A DNA stretch of 45,372 bases from an uncultured Clostridium sp. (GTDB lineage Bacteria; Bacillota; Clostridia; TANB77; CAG-508). Position 1 is the first letter of the stretch; each line of letters begins with the position of its first letter. The translations under genes were made by a program, and so were the position numbers. The notes beneath the pieces are model-generated. The model saw only the letters and a list, made by a program, of their open reading frames with translations, did not search any database and was not told where the DNA came from. The stretch lies in assembly GCA_964596175.1 (NCBI GenBank), contig CAZQTH010000007.1, positions 1-45,372 of the forward strand. Direction: 5' to 3'. Shown piece by piece: positions 10,680-22,228 of the stretch.

Positions 10680-12675
10680 ATGGAAGACTTAGTTGAAAGT
10701 ATCTTAGATTATATAAGGTCAGATTATACTGATTATGCAGTTATGATAAATGGAGAGTGGGGTTCTCGGAAAAACTCATTTCTGGAATAATAAAATAAGA
10801 AAAAAGATAGAGTCTATGCAATTAAATGGAAAAAGATATACAACTATCTATATGTCTTTATACGGTATATCAAACCTAGAGGAAATAAGTAAAAAGATAT
10901 TCATAGAAACAACACAATTAATGGATAAAAATTTAAGGAGATTCATGGATGCAAATGAGCAAAGTACTATACCAGAATATGCAAAAACTGGAATAGATAT
11001 GGCAAATTTTTTTGGTGTAACTCAAAATGGAGATAAGGTTGATTATGCAGAATTTTTTTCAACAGATGACAAAGTACTTTGTTTTGACGATTTGGAAAGA
11101 GCTAATGTAGATGTTATTGATATTTTAGGTTATATCAATAACTTTGTTGAACATGACCATATAAAAACAATAATTATATGTAACGAGAAAGAATTATCTA
11201 CTAAATTAAAAAGTTCTAACTTAGAAATGAAAACATTTATTGCAACATATCTTTTAGATAAACAAGATGAATTAAATAATATTGACAAACCTTTAGTAGA
11301 AAAAATTCAAGATAAAATAGAGCATGTATTTGATAAAGCAAATGATTATGAAAGAATAAAAGAAAAATTAATAGGAGAAACATTTGAATATGCTCCTAAG
11401 TTTGATTATATAATAAATGGAATACTTATGAGATATGAGAATAATCCAGATTTAATTCGTTTTTTAAGAGAAAATACAGGATTAATAATATCAACATTTA
11501 ATAAATCTGGAACGAGAAACCTAAGAATTTTAAAACATGCATTAAATGATTTTAAGAAAATTTATGAGATGGTTAATAAATCATATCCAAATACAAACCA
11601 CAGAGTTATGCAGACAATGTTAATATTTACAATAGCTATATCTTTTGAAATAAAAGCAGGAAAAGTAACAAAAGATAAATTTATAAATATAAAAGATAAT
11701 GAAGAATATAAATCAATATTAGTATCATCAAGAATACTTATGGATAATAGACAATTCTATATTAAAGAATTTGATAACAATTATTATTATAATTTTAAAT
11801 CAGAATATCGTTTCTTTAAATTTATAGAATATTATATAAGAACACGTATATTTGATATGAAAATTTTTAAAGAAAACATGGAAACAATACGTAACACTGT
11901 AGATACAGAAAATTTACCAGGATATAAAAGATTACTTACAGAGGAATATTGGAAAATATCAGATGATCAATTTGATAGTGTAATAAATGAAATAATGAAA
12001 GACGTAAAAGAAGGAAAATTAACTTTAATAGATACTGTGAAAATATTTGCATATTTTAGTTATTTTTCAAGAAAAGGCTTGATTGAATATGATTTGAAAA
12101 CATTAAAAAGTGTATTCTTTAATGGGATGAATATAGCCTCACTTAATTCTAAATACTGTGATAATGTAGATGAAGAATTAGGAAAGATTGCAATTGAAGA
12201 AGTTGCTGAAGATATGGAAGATATATTAAAACATTTTAATATGTTAAATGACCAATTACATGATAAGATGTTTAAAGAAAAAGCAGAAGAAGTAATGAAA
12301 TGTATTCCAATGAAGATGGAACAATTTTATGAAAAATTTGATAGGGAATGTATGGAAGTTCCAATATTTAAATATTATGATCCATTCCAATTGTTCCAAA
12401 GGATATCTTGTGCAAGTAACGAAGATATAGTATTAATAAAAGAAAAACTTATAGATAGAGCGGAAAAAAATCCTAAAAAAATAGAGCCTGAAATGAAAAA
12501 TATAAAACAATTAAAACAAATAATTGATGACTATTTAAAAGGTAAAGATCCATCAATAAAAATAGTTATGCTTAAAGAATTTTCAGATAGTTTGGGTTAT
12601 ATTCTTGGAAAATATAAAGTAAGCTTTCTACCAAGAAAATCAGATTTAGAAGAGGCAGAAGAAGTAGAAAACTAA
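10680..12675 (+). CDS. KAP-family P-loop NTPase, interrupted by a +1 frameshift at 10767 (about 664 aa if repaired)
   Basis: AAAGGAGG RBS plus ATG 10680 gives MEDLVESILDYI..AVMINGEWGS; the +1 frame continues GKTHFW (Walker A GEWGSGKT); Walker B LCFDDLER; NLRILK. Confidence 0.8.
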
Positions 12676-12688
12676 AGGAAAGTTAAAT

Positions 12689-14662
12689 ATGAATATTGAA
12701 GAAAATAATTACAACAAAAAGAAATATTTAAAATTACTTAGTAAAGAGTACAAAAATATATATGAAGTTGCAGAAGAAATTATAAATTTACAAGCGATTT
12801 TAAATCTACCAAAAGGAACAGAAATGTTTTTAAGTGATATACATGGTGAATATGCTCCATTTGAGCATATTCTTAATAATGGTGGAGGAATTATAAAAAG
12901 TAAAATAAATGATATCTTTGGTAATACGTTAAATAAGAAGGAAAGAACAACACTTGCAACTCTTATTTATTATCCAGAAGAAAAAATAAAACTAATAAAA
13001 GAAGAGGAAGAAGATATTAATGAATGGTATAATATAACCTTACATCGTTTGGTTGAAGTAGCAAAAAATGTTAGCTCAAAATATACTAGATCTAAAGTTA
13101 GAAAAGCAATAAAAAGTGGATTTGAATATGTAATTGATGAATTATTAAATTCACAAGCTGGTAATGAAAAAGATAAAGAAAGATATTATAAAGCAATAAT
13201 AAGTACAATTATTAGATTGAATCAAGCGGAAGCATTTATAATAGCAATATCAAATTTGATTAAAAGAATGTCAATAGATCATCTTCATATAATAGGAGAT
13301 ATATTTGATAGAGGGATTAGACCTGATTTAGTAATAGAAAAATTAAAAAGATTCCATAGTCTTGATATACAATGGGGAAACCATGATATATTGTGGATGG
13401 GAGCGGCATCAGGGAATGAAGCAAGTATTGCTACAGTTGTAAGAATATGTGCTAGATATAATAATATAGGAATACTAGAAGATAGCTATGGTATAAATAT
13501 ACGACCATTATCAACATTTGCTATGGAAACATATAAAAATGATAATTGTAAAAATTTCTTCCCAAAAGTATTTGATGAAACTAAATATGATGAAAGTGAT
13601 AAAATGAATATAGCTAAAATACATAAAGCTATAACAATAATACAATTTAAATTGGAAGGACAAATTATAAAAAGACATCCAGAATATCACTTAAATAATA
13701 GATTATTACTTGATAAAATGAATTTGGAAAAAGGTTATGTAGAAATAGATGGTAAGAAATATGAAATAAATGATACTAACTTTCCAACTTTAATAAAAGA
13801 TAATATATATGAATTAACTGAAGAAGAAAAAGAAGTAATGGAAAGACTTTGTGATTCATTTAAAAATAGTCCAAAATTAAACGAACATATAGATTTTTTA
13901 TATAAAAAAGGTGAATTATATACTATATTTAATTCTAATTTACTATTTCATGCTTGTATTCCAATGACTGAAGAAGGAGAATTTAAAGAAGTAGAATTTT
14001 TAGGAAAAAGAATGAAAGGAAAAAAATATTTAGATGAAATAAATGATACTGTGAATAAAGTATGGGTAAATAGAGACTGTACCCAAAGTGAAATGATAGA
14101 TATTATGTGGTATTTATGGATATCACCAGATTCACCATTTTTTGGTAAAGATAAGATGGCCACTTTTGAAAGTTACTTTGTTAAAGATAAAGAAATGAGC
14201 AAAGAAAGAAAAAATCCATATTATACTCTAACTTATGAAGAAAAAATTTGTGATAAGATTTTAAAAGAATTTAATTTGGATTTGAAAGAATCTCATATTG
14301 TAAATGGACATATGCCAGTAAAGGCAAAAGATGGAGAAAGTCCAATTAGAGGAAACGGAAAATTATTAGTAATAGATGGAGGATTTGCTAAAAGTTACCA
14401 AGCAAAAACTGGTAATGCTGGATATGTATTAACATATAATTCTTATGGATTACTTCTTAGTCAAAACAAGCCATTTGAATCAGTTGAAAATGCAATTAAA
14501 GAAGAAAAAGATATTATTTCAGAGATTATTGTTAAGAAAAAGGGTGTCGAAAGAAAACGTGTTGGTGATACTGATATTGGTGAAATATTAAAAGGAGAAA
14601 TTAGTGATTTGGAACAGTTGTTAGAATATTATGAATCAGGAGAGATAAAACAAAATAGTTAG
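12689..14662 (+). CDS. fbp: Fructose-1,6-bisphosphatase class 3
   Basis: LNLPKGTEMFLSDIHGEY, GDIFDRG, QWGNHD, NGHMPVK, IDGGFAKSY. Confidence 0.95.
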   Translation: MNIEENNYNKKKYLKLLSKEYKNIYEVAEEIINLQAILNLPKGTEMFLSDIHGEYAPFEHILNNGGGIIKSKINDIFGNTLNKKERTTLATLIYYPEEKIKLIKEEEEDINEWYNITLHRLVEVAKNVSSKYTRSKVRKAIKSGFEYVIDELLNSQAGNEKDKERYYKAIISTIIRLNQAEAFIIAISNLIKRMSIDHLHIIGDIFDRGIRPDLVIEKLKRFHSLDIQWGNHDILWMGAASGNEASIATVVRICARYNNIGILEDSYGINIRPLSTFAMETYKNDNCKNFFPKVFDETKYDESDKMNIAKIHKAITIIQFKLEGQIIKRHPEYHLNNRLLLDKMNLEKGYVEIDGKKYEINDTNFPTLIKDNIYELTEEEKEVMERLCDSFKNSPKLNEHIDFLYKKGELYTIFNSNLLFHACIPMTEEGEFKEVEFLGKRMKGKKYLDEINDTVNKVWVNRDCTQSEMIDIMWYLWISPDSPFFGKDKMATFESYFVKDKEMSKERKNPYYTLTYEEKICDKILKEFNLDLKESHIVNGHMPVKAKDGESPIRGNGKLLVIDGGFAKSYQAKTGNAGYVLTYNSYGLLLSQNKPFESVENAIKEEKDIISEIIVKKKGVERKRVGDTDIGEILKGEISDLEQLLEYYESGEIKQNS

Positions 14663-14707
14663 AAATAATTTCCTTTGTTTGTTTTCCGACATTTTTTGAT
14701 ACAGATT

Positions 14708-14733
14708 AGACCTATTAATTTAGGTCTTTTTTT
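14708..14733 (+). terminator. Rho-independent terminator
   Basis: AGACCTA / TAGGTCT followed by T tract. Confidence 0.7.
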
Positions 14734-14747
14734 ATTTTTAAATATAA

Positions 14748-14777
14748 TGAATATTTTTTTCCTTTTTTGTAATAATA
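14748..14777 (+). promoter_or_regulatory. Forespore sigmaG/F-type promoter of spoVT
   Basis: TGAATA-17-AATAATA fits the sigmaG consensus; spoVT is a known forespore gene. Confidence 0.5.
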
Positions 14778-14817
14778 AGATTATAAACAAAAAGCTTAAA
14801 ATAAGAGGAGGAATATT

Positions 14818-15372
14818 ATGAAAGCAACTGGAGTTGTAAGAAGGATAGATGATTTAGGTAGAGTTGTTATTCCAAAGGAAATAAGAAAAACATTAAGAAT
14901 AAAAGAAGGTGAGCCTTTAGAAATTTTCACGGATAGAGAAGGTCAAATTATACTAAAAAAATATTCTCCAATAGGAGAGTTATCAGAATTTGCAGTTGGT
15001 TATGCTGAAACTTTATCAAAAACAACAGGACATATTGCTTGCATTACTGATAAAGATACAATTATTGCTGTATCTGGTGGGTCTAAAAAAGAATTTTTAG
15101 AGCAAGATGTAAGTCCAGAACTAGAACAATTAATGGAAGATAAAGAGATATATATGAGTAAAGATAATAGTGATGTTGCAATGCCTATTACAAAAAATGA
15201 GAATCCAGAAAGAAAAAATAATGCACAAATAGTTTATCCTATAATTTCTAATGGGGATACAATTGGAACTGTTATTCTTATGTCTAAAGAGGCTAATAAG
15301 AAAATGAATGAAGTTGAGCAAAAGGTAGCACAATCTGCGGCTACATTTTTAGGAACACAAATGGATATATAA
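14818..15372 (+). CDS. spoVT: Stage V sporulation protein T
   Basis: MKATGVVRRIDDLGRVVIPKEIR AbrB domain plus GAF C-terminus. Confidence 0.95.
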   Translation: MKATGVVRRIDDLGRVVIPKEIRKTLRIKEGEPLEIFTDREGQIILKKYSPIGELSEFAVGYAETLSKTTGHIACITDKDTIIAVSGGSKKEFLEQDVSPELEQLMEDKEIYMSKDNSDVAMPITKNENPERKNNAQIVYPIISNGDTIGTVILMSKEANKKMNEVEQKVAQSAATFLGTQMDI

Positions 15373-15412
15373 AAAAATAAAGCAAGCTAATAATTTTATA
15401 AATGTAAAATTA

Positions 15413-15640
15413 TTAGCTTGTTTTTTTATGGTGTATATTTTTAATATCTGATAAGCCTACTATATAATCAATTGAGGTTCCATAATATTTTGCTAATGTA
15501 ATCAAGTGTGCTATAGGTATTGTTCTGTTACCTTTTTCATATTCTGAGTAGTATTGCTGAGATATTCCAAGTAACTGTGCCACATCCTTTTGAAACAAAT
15601 CATTATCTTCTCTTAAATCTTTCAATCTTTTAAATTTCAC
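15413..15640 (-). CDS. XRE-family HTH transcriptional regulator
   Basis: RLKDLREDNDLFQKDVAQLLGISQQYYSEYEKG; GGAG RBS before GTG. Confidence 0.9.
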   Translation of the reverse strand: MKFKRLKDLREDNDLFQKDVAQLLGISQQYYSEYEKGNRTIPIAHLITLAKYYGTSIDYIVGLSDIKNIHHKKTS

Positions 15641-15903
15641 TGTAATCTCCTTGTAAACTTTGTAAAATTCAATATAATTTTAACAAAAAATTAAACAAAC
15701 AGAATTTTTTACATAATAAATTATGTAAAACAATAGAATCATATATAAAAATATAATGTATTATATTTTGTGTTAAAAGAAAAAAATATGGAAAAAAATA
15801 TGGAAAAAGTATAGAAAAGAAATATTAATGTATTAAAAAGAGTAAAGATAAAAAACTTGATATAAATTAAAAATAAAAAACAATGAAGAATATCATTTTT
15901 TCC

Positions 15904-15932
15904 TTGATTTTTTGCTAGTTTTAGAGTATAAT
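15904..15932 (+). promoter_or_regulatory. sigmaA promoter of alaS
   Basis: TTGATT-17-TATAAT. Confidence 0.55.
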
Positions 15933-15968
15933 TTTAATATTAGAGTTAAGAATAGATAGGAGATAGAG

Positions 15969-17720
15969 ATGAAAGCAATAGAAATAAGAAGAAAATATCT
16001 AGATTATTTTAAAAAACATGGACATGCAGTTATACCATCTGCACCATTAATACCAGAAAATGACCCATCTGTATTATTTACAACAGCAGGAATGCAACCA
16101 TTAGTACCATACTTATTAGGAGAAAAACATCCAGAAGGAAAAAGAATTACAGATTATCAAAAATGTGTAAGAACAAATGACATTGAAGAAGTAGGAGATA
16201 ATCGTCATTTAACATTCTTTGAAATGCTTGGAAATTGGTCATTAGGCGATTATTTTAAAGATGAATCAATAGCAATGAGTTTTGAATTCTTAACAAAAGA
16301 GTTGGAAATTCCAGTAGAAAAATTATATGTTACATGTTTTGCAGGAGATGAAGACTGTCCAAGAGATGAAGTGGCTGCAAATGCTTGGAAAAAAGCAGGA
16401 GTATCAGAAGACCATATATATTATTATGGAAAAGATAATAACTGGTGGATAGCAGGAGAAGAAGGACCTTGTGGACCAGATACGGAAATGTTCTATGATA
16501 CAGGAAAACCAGCATGTGGATCAGACTGTCAACCAAGTTGTGATTGTGGCAAATATGTAGAAATTTGGAATAATGTATTTATGGAATATTTTAAAGATGC
16601 AAATGGATATAGAAAATTAGAACAAAAAAATGTAGATACTGGACTTGGCTTAGAGAGAATGACAATGCTATTACAAGGAAAAGAAACACCATTTGATACT
16701 GAATTATTTAGTTCTGTTATGGAAAAACTAAAGGAAGTACAAAAAATAGATATTGTAGAAAGTAGAAGGATAATTGCAGAACATTTACGTGCAAGTATGA
16801 TGATAATAGCAGATGGAGGAAGACCAAGCAATTTAGATAGAGGGTATGTATTAAGAAGATTAATAAGAAGAATGATAAGACACATGAACAAACTACAAAT
16901 AGATTTGGAAACATTAAAAGAATTAATAGACATCTATGTAGATAATCTAAGTGAAATGTATCCAGAACTTGTTAAAAATAGAGAAACAATAAAGCAAGTA
17001 ATAGTAGAAGAAAAAGATAAATTTGTAAAAACACTAGCTCATGGAGAAAGAGAATTCCAAAAAGCAATAGGAAAACTAGAAGGAACAAAAACAATTCCAG
17101 GAGAAGTAGTATTTAAATTATATGATACCTATGGTTTTCCACCAGAAGTAACAAAGGAATTGGCTTCTGAAAATGGATATGAAATAGACATAGAAGCATT
17201 TAATGAATTGTTTAAAAAACATCAAGAAAAATCAAGAGCAGGTTCAGAGCAGAAATTTAAAGGTGGTTTAGCAGAAACTACAGAAGAGACAATAAAATAT
17301 CATACAGCAACACATTTATTAAATGCAGCAATAAAGCAAATAATAGGAAAAGATGCTCATCAAAGAGGTTCAAATATAACAGTAGATAGAATGAGATTTG
17401 ATTTTAACTGTGATCATAAACTAACGCCAGAAGAAAAACAACAAATAGAAGATTTAGTGAATAAATGGATAAAAGAAGGTCTACCTGTAACAAAACAAGA
17501 AATGAAGAAAGAAGATGCGATAAAATCAGGTGCAGAATGTATGTTTATTGAAAAATACCCAGATATAGTAACAGTATATACAATAGGGGATATATCAAAA
17601 GAATTATGTGGAGGACCTCATGTTAATAACACAAGTGAACTTGGAAGATTTAAAATAAAAAAAGAAGAGTCTAGTTCATCAGGAGTAAGAAGAATAAAAG
17701 CTGTATTAATCGATGAATAG
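15969..17720 (+). CDS. alaS: Alanine--tRNA ligase, short form
   Basis: FTTAGMQP, HLTFFEMLGNWS, DTGLGLER, FKLYDTYGFP; editing motifs HTATH and CGGPH; ends at GVRRIKA. Confidence 0.95.
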   Translation: MKAIEIRRKYLDYFKKHGHAVIPSAPLIPENDPSVLFTTAGMQPLVPYLLGEKHPEGKRITDYQKCVRTNDIEEVGDNRHLTFFEMLGNWSLGDYFKDESIAMSFEFLTKELEIPVEKLYVTCFAGDEDCPRDEVAANAWKKAGVSEDHIYYYGKDNNWWIAGEEGPCGPDTEMFYDTGKPACGSDCQPSCDCGKYVEIWNNVFMEYFKDANGYRKLEQKNVDTGLGLERMTMLLQGKETPFDTELFSSVMEKLKEVQKIDIVESRRIIAEHLRASMMIIADGGRPSNLDRGYVLRRLIRRMIRHMNKLQIDLETLKELIDIYVDNLSEMYPELVKNRETIKQVIVEEKDKFVKTLAHGEREFQKAIGKLEGTKTIPGEVVFKLYDTYGFPPEVTKELASENGYEIDIEAFNELFKKHQEKSRAGSEQKFKGGLAETTEETIKYHTATHLLNAAIKQIIGKDAHQRGSNITVDRMRFDFNCDHKLTPEEKQQIEDLVNKWIKEGLPVTKQEMKKEDAIKSGAECMFIEKYPDIVTVYTIGDISKELCGGPHVNNTSELGRFKIKKEESSSSGVRRIKAVLIDE

Positions 17721-17741
17721 ATTTTTGTAGGAGGTTTTAGT

Positions 17742-18086
17742 ATGGAAGATTGTTTATTTTGTAAAATAATAAAAGGAGAAGTACCTTCAAATAAAGTATA
17801 TGAAGATGAATATGTATATGCATTTAAAGATATAGAACCAGCAGCACCAGTACATGTTTTGGTAGTACCTAAAAAACATATTTCATGTTTAAATGAAATA
17901 ACAGAAGAAGATGAAGTGTTAATTGGTAAAATTCATATGGCAATTGAAAAAATTGCAAAAGAATTAGGTGTAGCAGAAAAAGGATATAGAGTTATAAATA
18001 ATTGCGGAAAAGATGCAGGTCAGACAGTAATGCATTTACATTTTCACTTACTTGCAGGTGTAAAAATGGGAGAAAAATTAGTGTAA
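17742..18086 (+). CDS. Histidine triad nucleotide-binding protein (HinT-like)
   Basis: DCLFCKI, AGQTVMHLHFHLL. Confidence 0.93.
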   Translation: MEDCLFCKIIKGEVPSNKVYEDEYVYAFKDIEPAAPVHVLVVPKKHISCLNEITEEDEVLIGKIHMAIEKIAKELGVAEKGYRVINNCGKDAGQTVMHLHFHLLAGVKMGEKLV

Positions 18087-18189
18087 AAATTTAAAAAATA
18101 GTAGTGTGAAAAATATTGCTTTTATCTTTATTTTTTTATAAATATATGTTATAATATAAGAAGTAGAAAAGTGTACGGAGGTAAAAGTT

Positions 18190-18864
18190 ATGTTTGAGAG
18201 TAAATATAGTAGAGTATTAACAGTAATTTTAGTAATAGTAATAGTAGCAATTATAGGATTGCTTGGATTTTTAGCATATGATTTTATACAAAATTATTTA
18301 ATAACGAATGATGCGGCAGATTTTGTAGAAGATTTTAAAGGAGAAATAAATTCAGACGATACTACAGTTGCAGATGGAAATACAACAAGTGATGGAACAA
18401 ACCCACTTAATGATATACAAAGTGAAAGTACAGGAACAAGTTCAACAACAAAAACTTATAAAGGATTTGGAGTTTTAGGAACAATGGAAATTCCAGCAAT
18501 AGATTTTAGTTACCCAATACTTGATACAGTAACAACAAAATCAATTGAAACATCAGTAGCATTCCAATGGGGAGCAGGAATAAATCAAGTAGGAAATAGT
18601 GTAATAATAGGACATAACTATAGGAATGGATTATTCTTCTCAAATAATAAGAAGCTACAAATAGGAGATAAAATATACATAACAGACAACTCTGGAGTAG
18701 AGTTAACATATACAATTTATGATAAATTCGAAACATCAGAAACAGACACATCATTCTATCAAAGAGATACAGGAGGAGTACCAGAAGTATCATTATCAAC
18801 ATGTACAGATGACAGTAGTGCAAGATTAATAATTCTAGCAAGAGTTGAAGATTACAATACATAA
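18190..18864 (+). CDS. Sortase
   Basis: N-terminal TM helix, GNSVIIGHN, LSTC and downstream Arg (His-Cys-Arg triad). Confidence 0.88.
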   Translation: MFESKYSRVLTVILVIVIVAIIGLLGFLAYDFIQNYLITNDAADFVEDFKGEINSDDTTVADGNTTSDGTNPLNDIQSESTGTSSTTKTYKGFGVLGTMEIPAIDFSYPILDTVTTKSIETSVAFQWGAGINQVGNSVIIGHNYRNGLFFSNNKKLQIGDKIYITDNSGVELTYTIYDKFETSETDTSFYQRDTGGVPEVSLSTCTDDSSARLIILARVEDYNT

Positions 18865-18879
18865 TTAATTTAGAAATAT

Positions 18880-20970
<2,091 letters not shown>

Positions 20971-21034
20971 GGACGTTTCCTTTTGCATAAAAATGTGCAA
21001 TTTGGGACACATCTTTAAAATACAAGGAGGATAT

Positions 21035-21274
21035 ATGGAAGATTATACTTTCGAAAAAATGTGGGTAGATTTAAGAGATGGATATCAAATATATTATACG
21101 TATGTAGGAAATAGATATTTATTATTTAAAACAGCAGATAATTGTTATACACAAAAATTAATATCAGAGCATAAGAAAAACCCACAACCACGTATGCTTA
21201 TGCTTACATTAAAAAGAGTAAAAGAGATGTTTCCACATATGGAAGATATTGAATATAAAAGAGATGAATATTAA
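21035..21274 (+). CDS. Hypothetical protein
   Basis: AAGGAGG RBS before ATG 21035; normal codon usage. Confidence 0.7.
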   Translation: MEDYTFEKMWVDLRDGYQIYYTYVGNRYLLFKTADNCYTQKLISEHKKNPQPRMLMLTLKRVKEMFPHMEDIEYKRDEY

Positions 21275-21300
21275 AAATTAAAATTTAGGGAGAAATAAAA

Positions 21301-22164
21301 ATGGCGATAATAATAGATGGAAAAGCGTTAGCGAAAAAAATAAGAAGTAATTTGAAGGTAGAATGTGATGAATTAAAAAAAGAAGGAATCACACCAAAAC
21401 TTGCAGTTATAATGGTAGGTGATGATCCTGCTTCAAAAGTATATGTAAGAAATAAAAGTAGAGCATGTGATGAAGTTGGTATAGAATATCAAGAATATCT
21501 TTTAGAGGAAGATACAAAACAAGAAGATTTAATAGACCTAATAAAGAAATTAAATCAAGATAAAACTGTAAATGGAATATTATTACAAAGTCCTATACCA
21601 GAGCATTTGGATATAAATCGAGCATTTAAAGCAATAACATATATAAAAGATGTAGACGGTTTTACTCCTTCTAGCGTAGGAAAGCTTTGCATAGGAGAAG
21701 ATACTTTTGTATCATGCACTCCTTTAGGTGTAATTAAGATGTTTGAGGAATATAATATTGACTTAAATGGTAAAGATGTGGTAATATTAGGAAGAAGTAA
21801 TATTGTAGGAAGACCACTTATACAATGTTGTTTACAACAGAATGCAACAGTGACAGTATGCCATTCAAAGACAAAAAACTTAGAAGAACATACAAAAAGA
21901 GCAGATGTAATTATTTCAGCAATAGGACAACCAAAGTTTGTAACAGCTGATATGGTAAAAGATGGAGTGGTAATTATAGATGTGGGAATAAATAGAAATG
22001 AAGAAGGAAAACTAGTTGGGGATGTTGATTTTGAAAATGTAGAAAAGAAAGCAAGCTATATAACACCGGTTCCAGGGGGAGTTGGGCCAATGACAGTGGC
22101 AATGCTTATGAATAATATAATAAAAGCAACAAAAGAACAATATAATGAAAATTCAACATTTTAG
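21301..22164 (+). CDS. folD: Methylenetetrahydrofolate dehydrogenase/cyclohydrolase
   Basis: IIDGK, YVRNK, KDVDG, GRSNIVG, ITPVPGGVGPMT. Confidence 0.97.
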   Translation: MAIIIDGKALAKKIRSNLKVECDELKKEGITPKLAVIMVGDDPASKVYVRNKSRACDEVGIEYQEYLLEEDTKQEDLIDLIKKLNQDKTVNGILLQSPIPEHLDINRAFKAITYIKDVDGFTPSSVGKLCIGEDTFVSCTPLGVIKMFEEYNIDLNGKDVVILGRSNIVGRPLIQCCLQQNATVTVCHSKTKNLEEHTKRADVIISAIGQPKFVTADMVKDGVVIIDVGINRNEEGKLVGDVDFENVEKKASYITPVPGGVGPMTVAMLMNNIIKATKEQYNENSTF

Positions 22165-22228
22165 ATTTATAAAAAATATGGGGCATTATTTTTTAATAAT
22201 GCTCTTTTTCTATTTTAAGGAGGAATTC

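Noticed and set aside
10750-12675. ORF-track start at 10750 for the NTPase
   Set aside because: No RBS and it truncates the Walker A motif; the upstream ATG 10680 has a strong RBS and the proper N-terminus.
15781-15807. AAAAAATATGG tandem duplication
   Set aside because: Two short low-complexity copies in an A-rich spacer.
15641-15968. T-box riboswitch before alaS
   Set aside because: No T-box consensus or terminator/antiterminator seen, and the promoter is adjacent to the gene.
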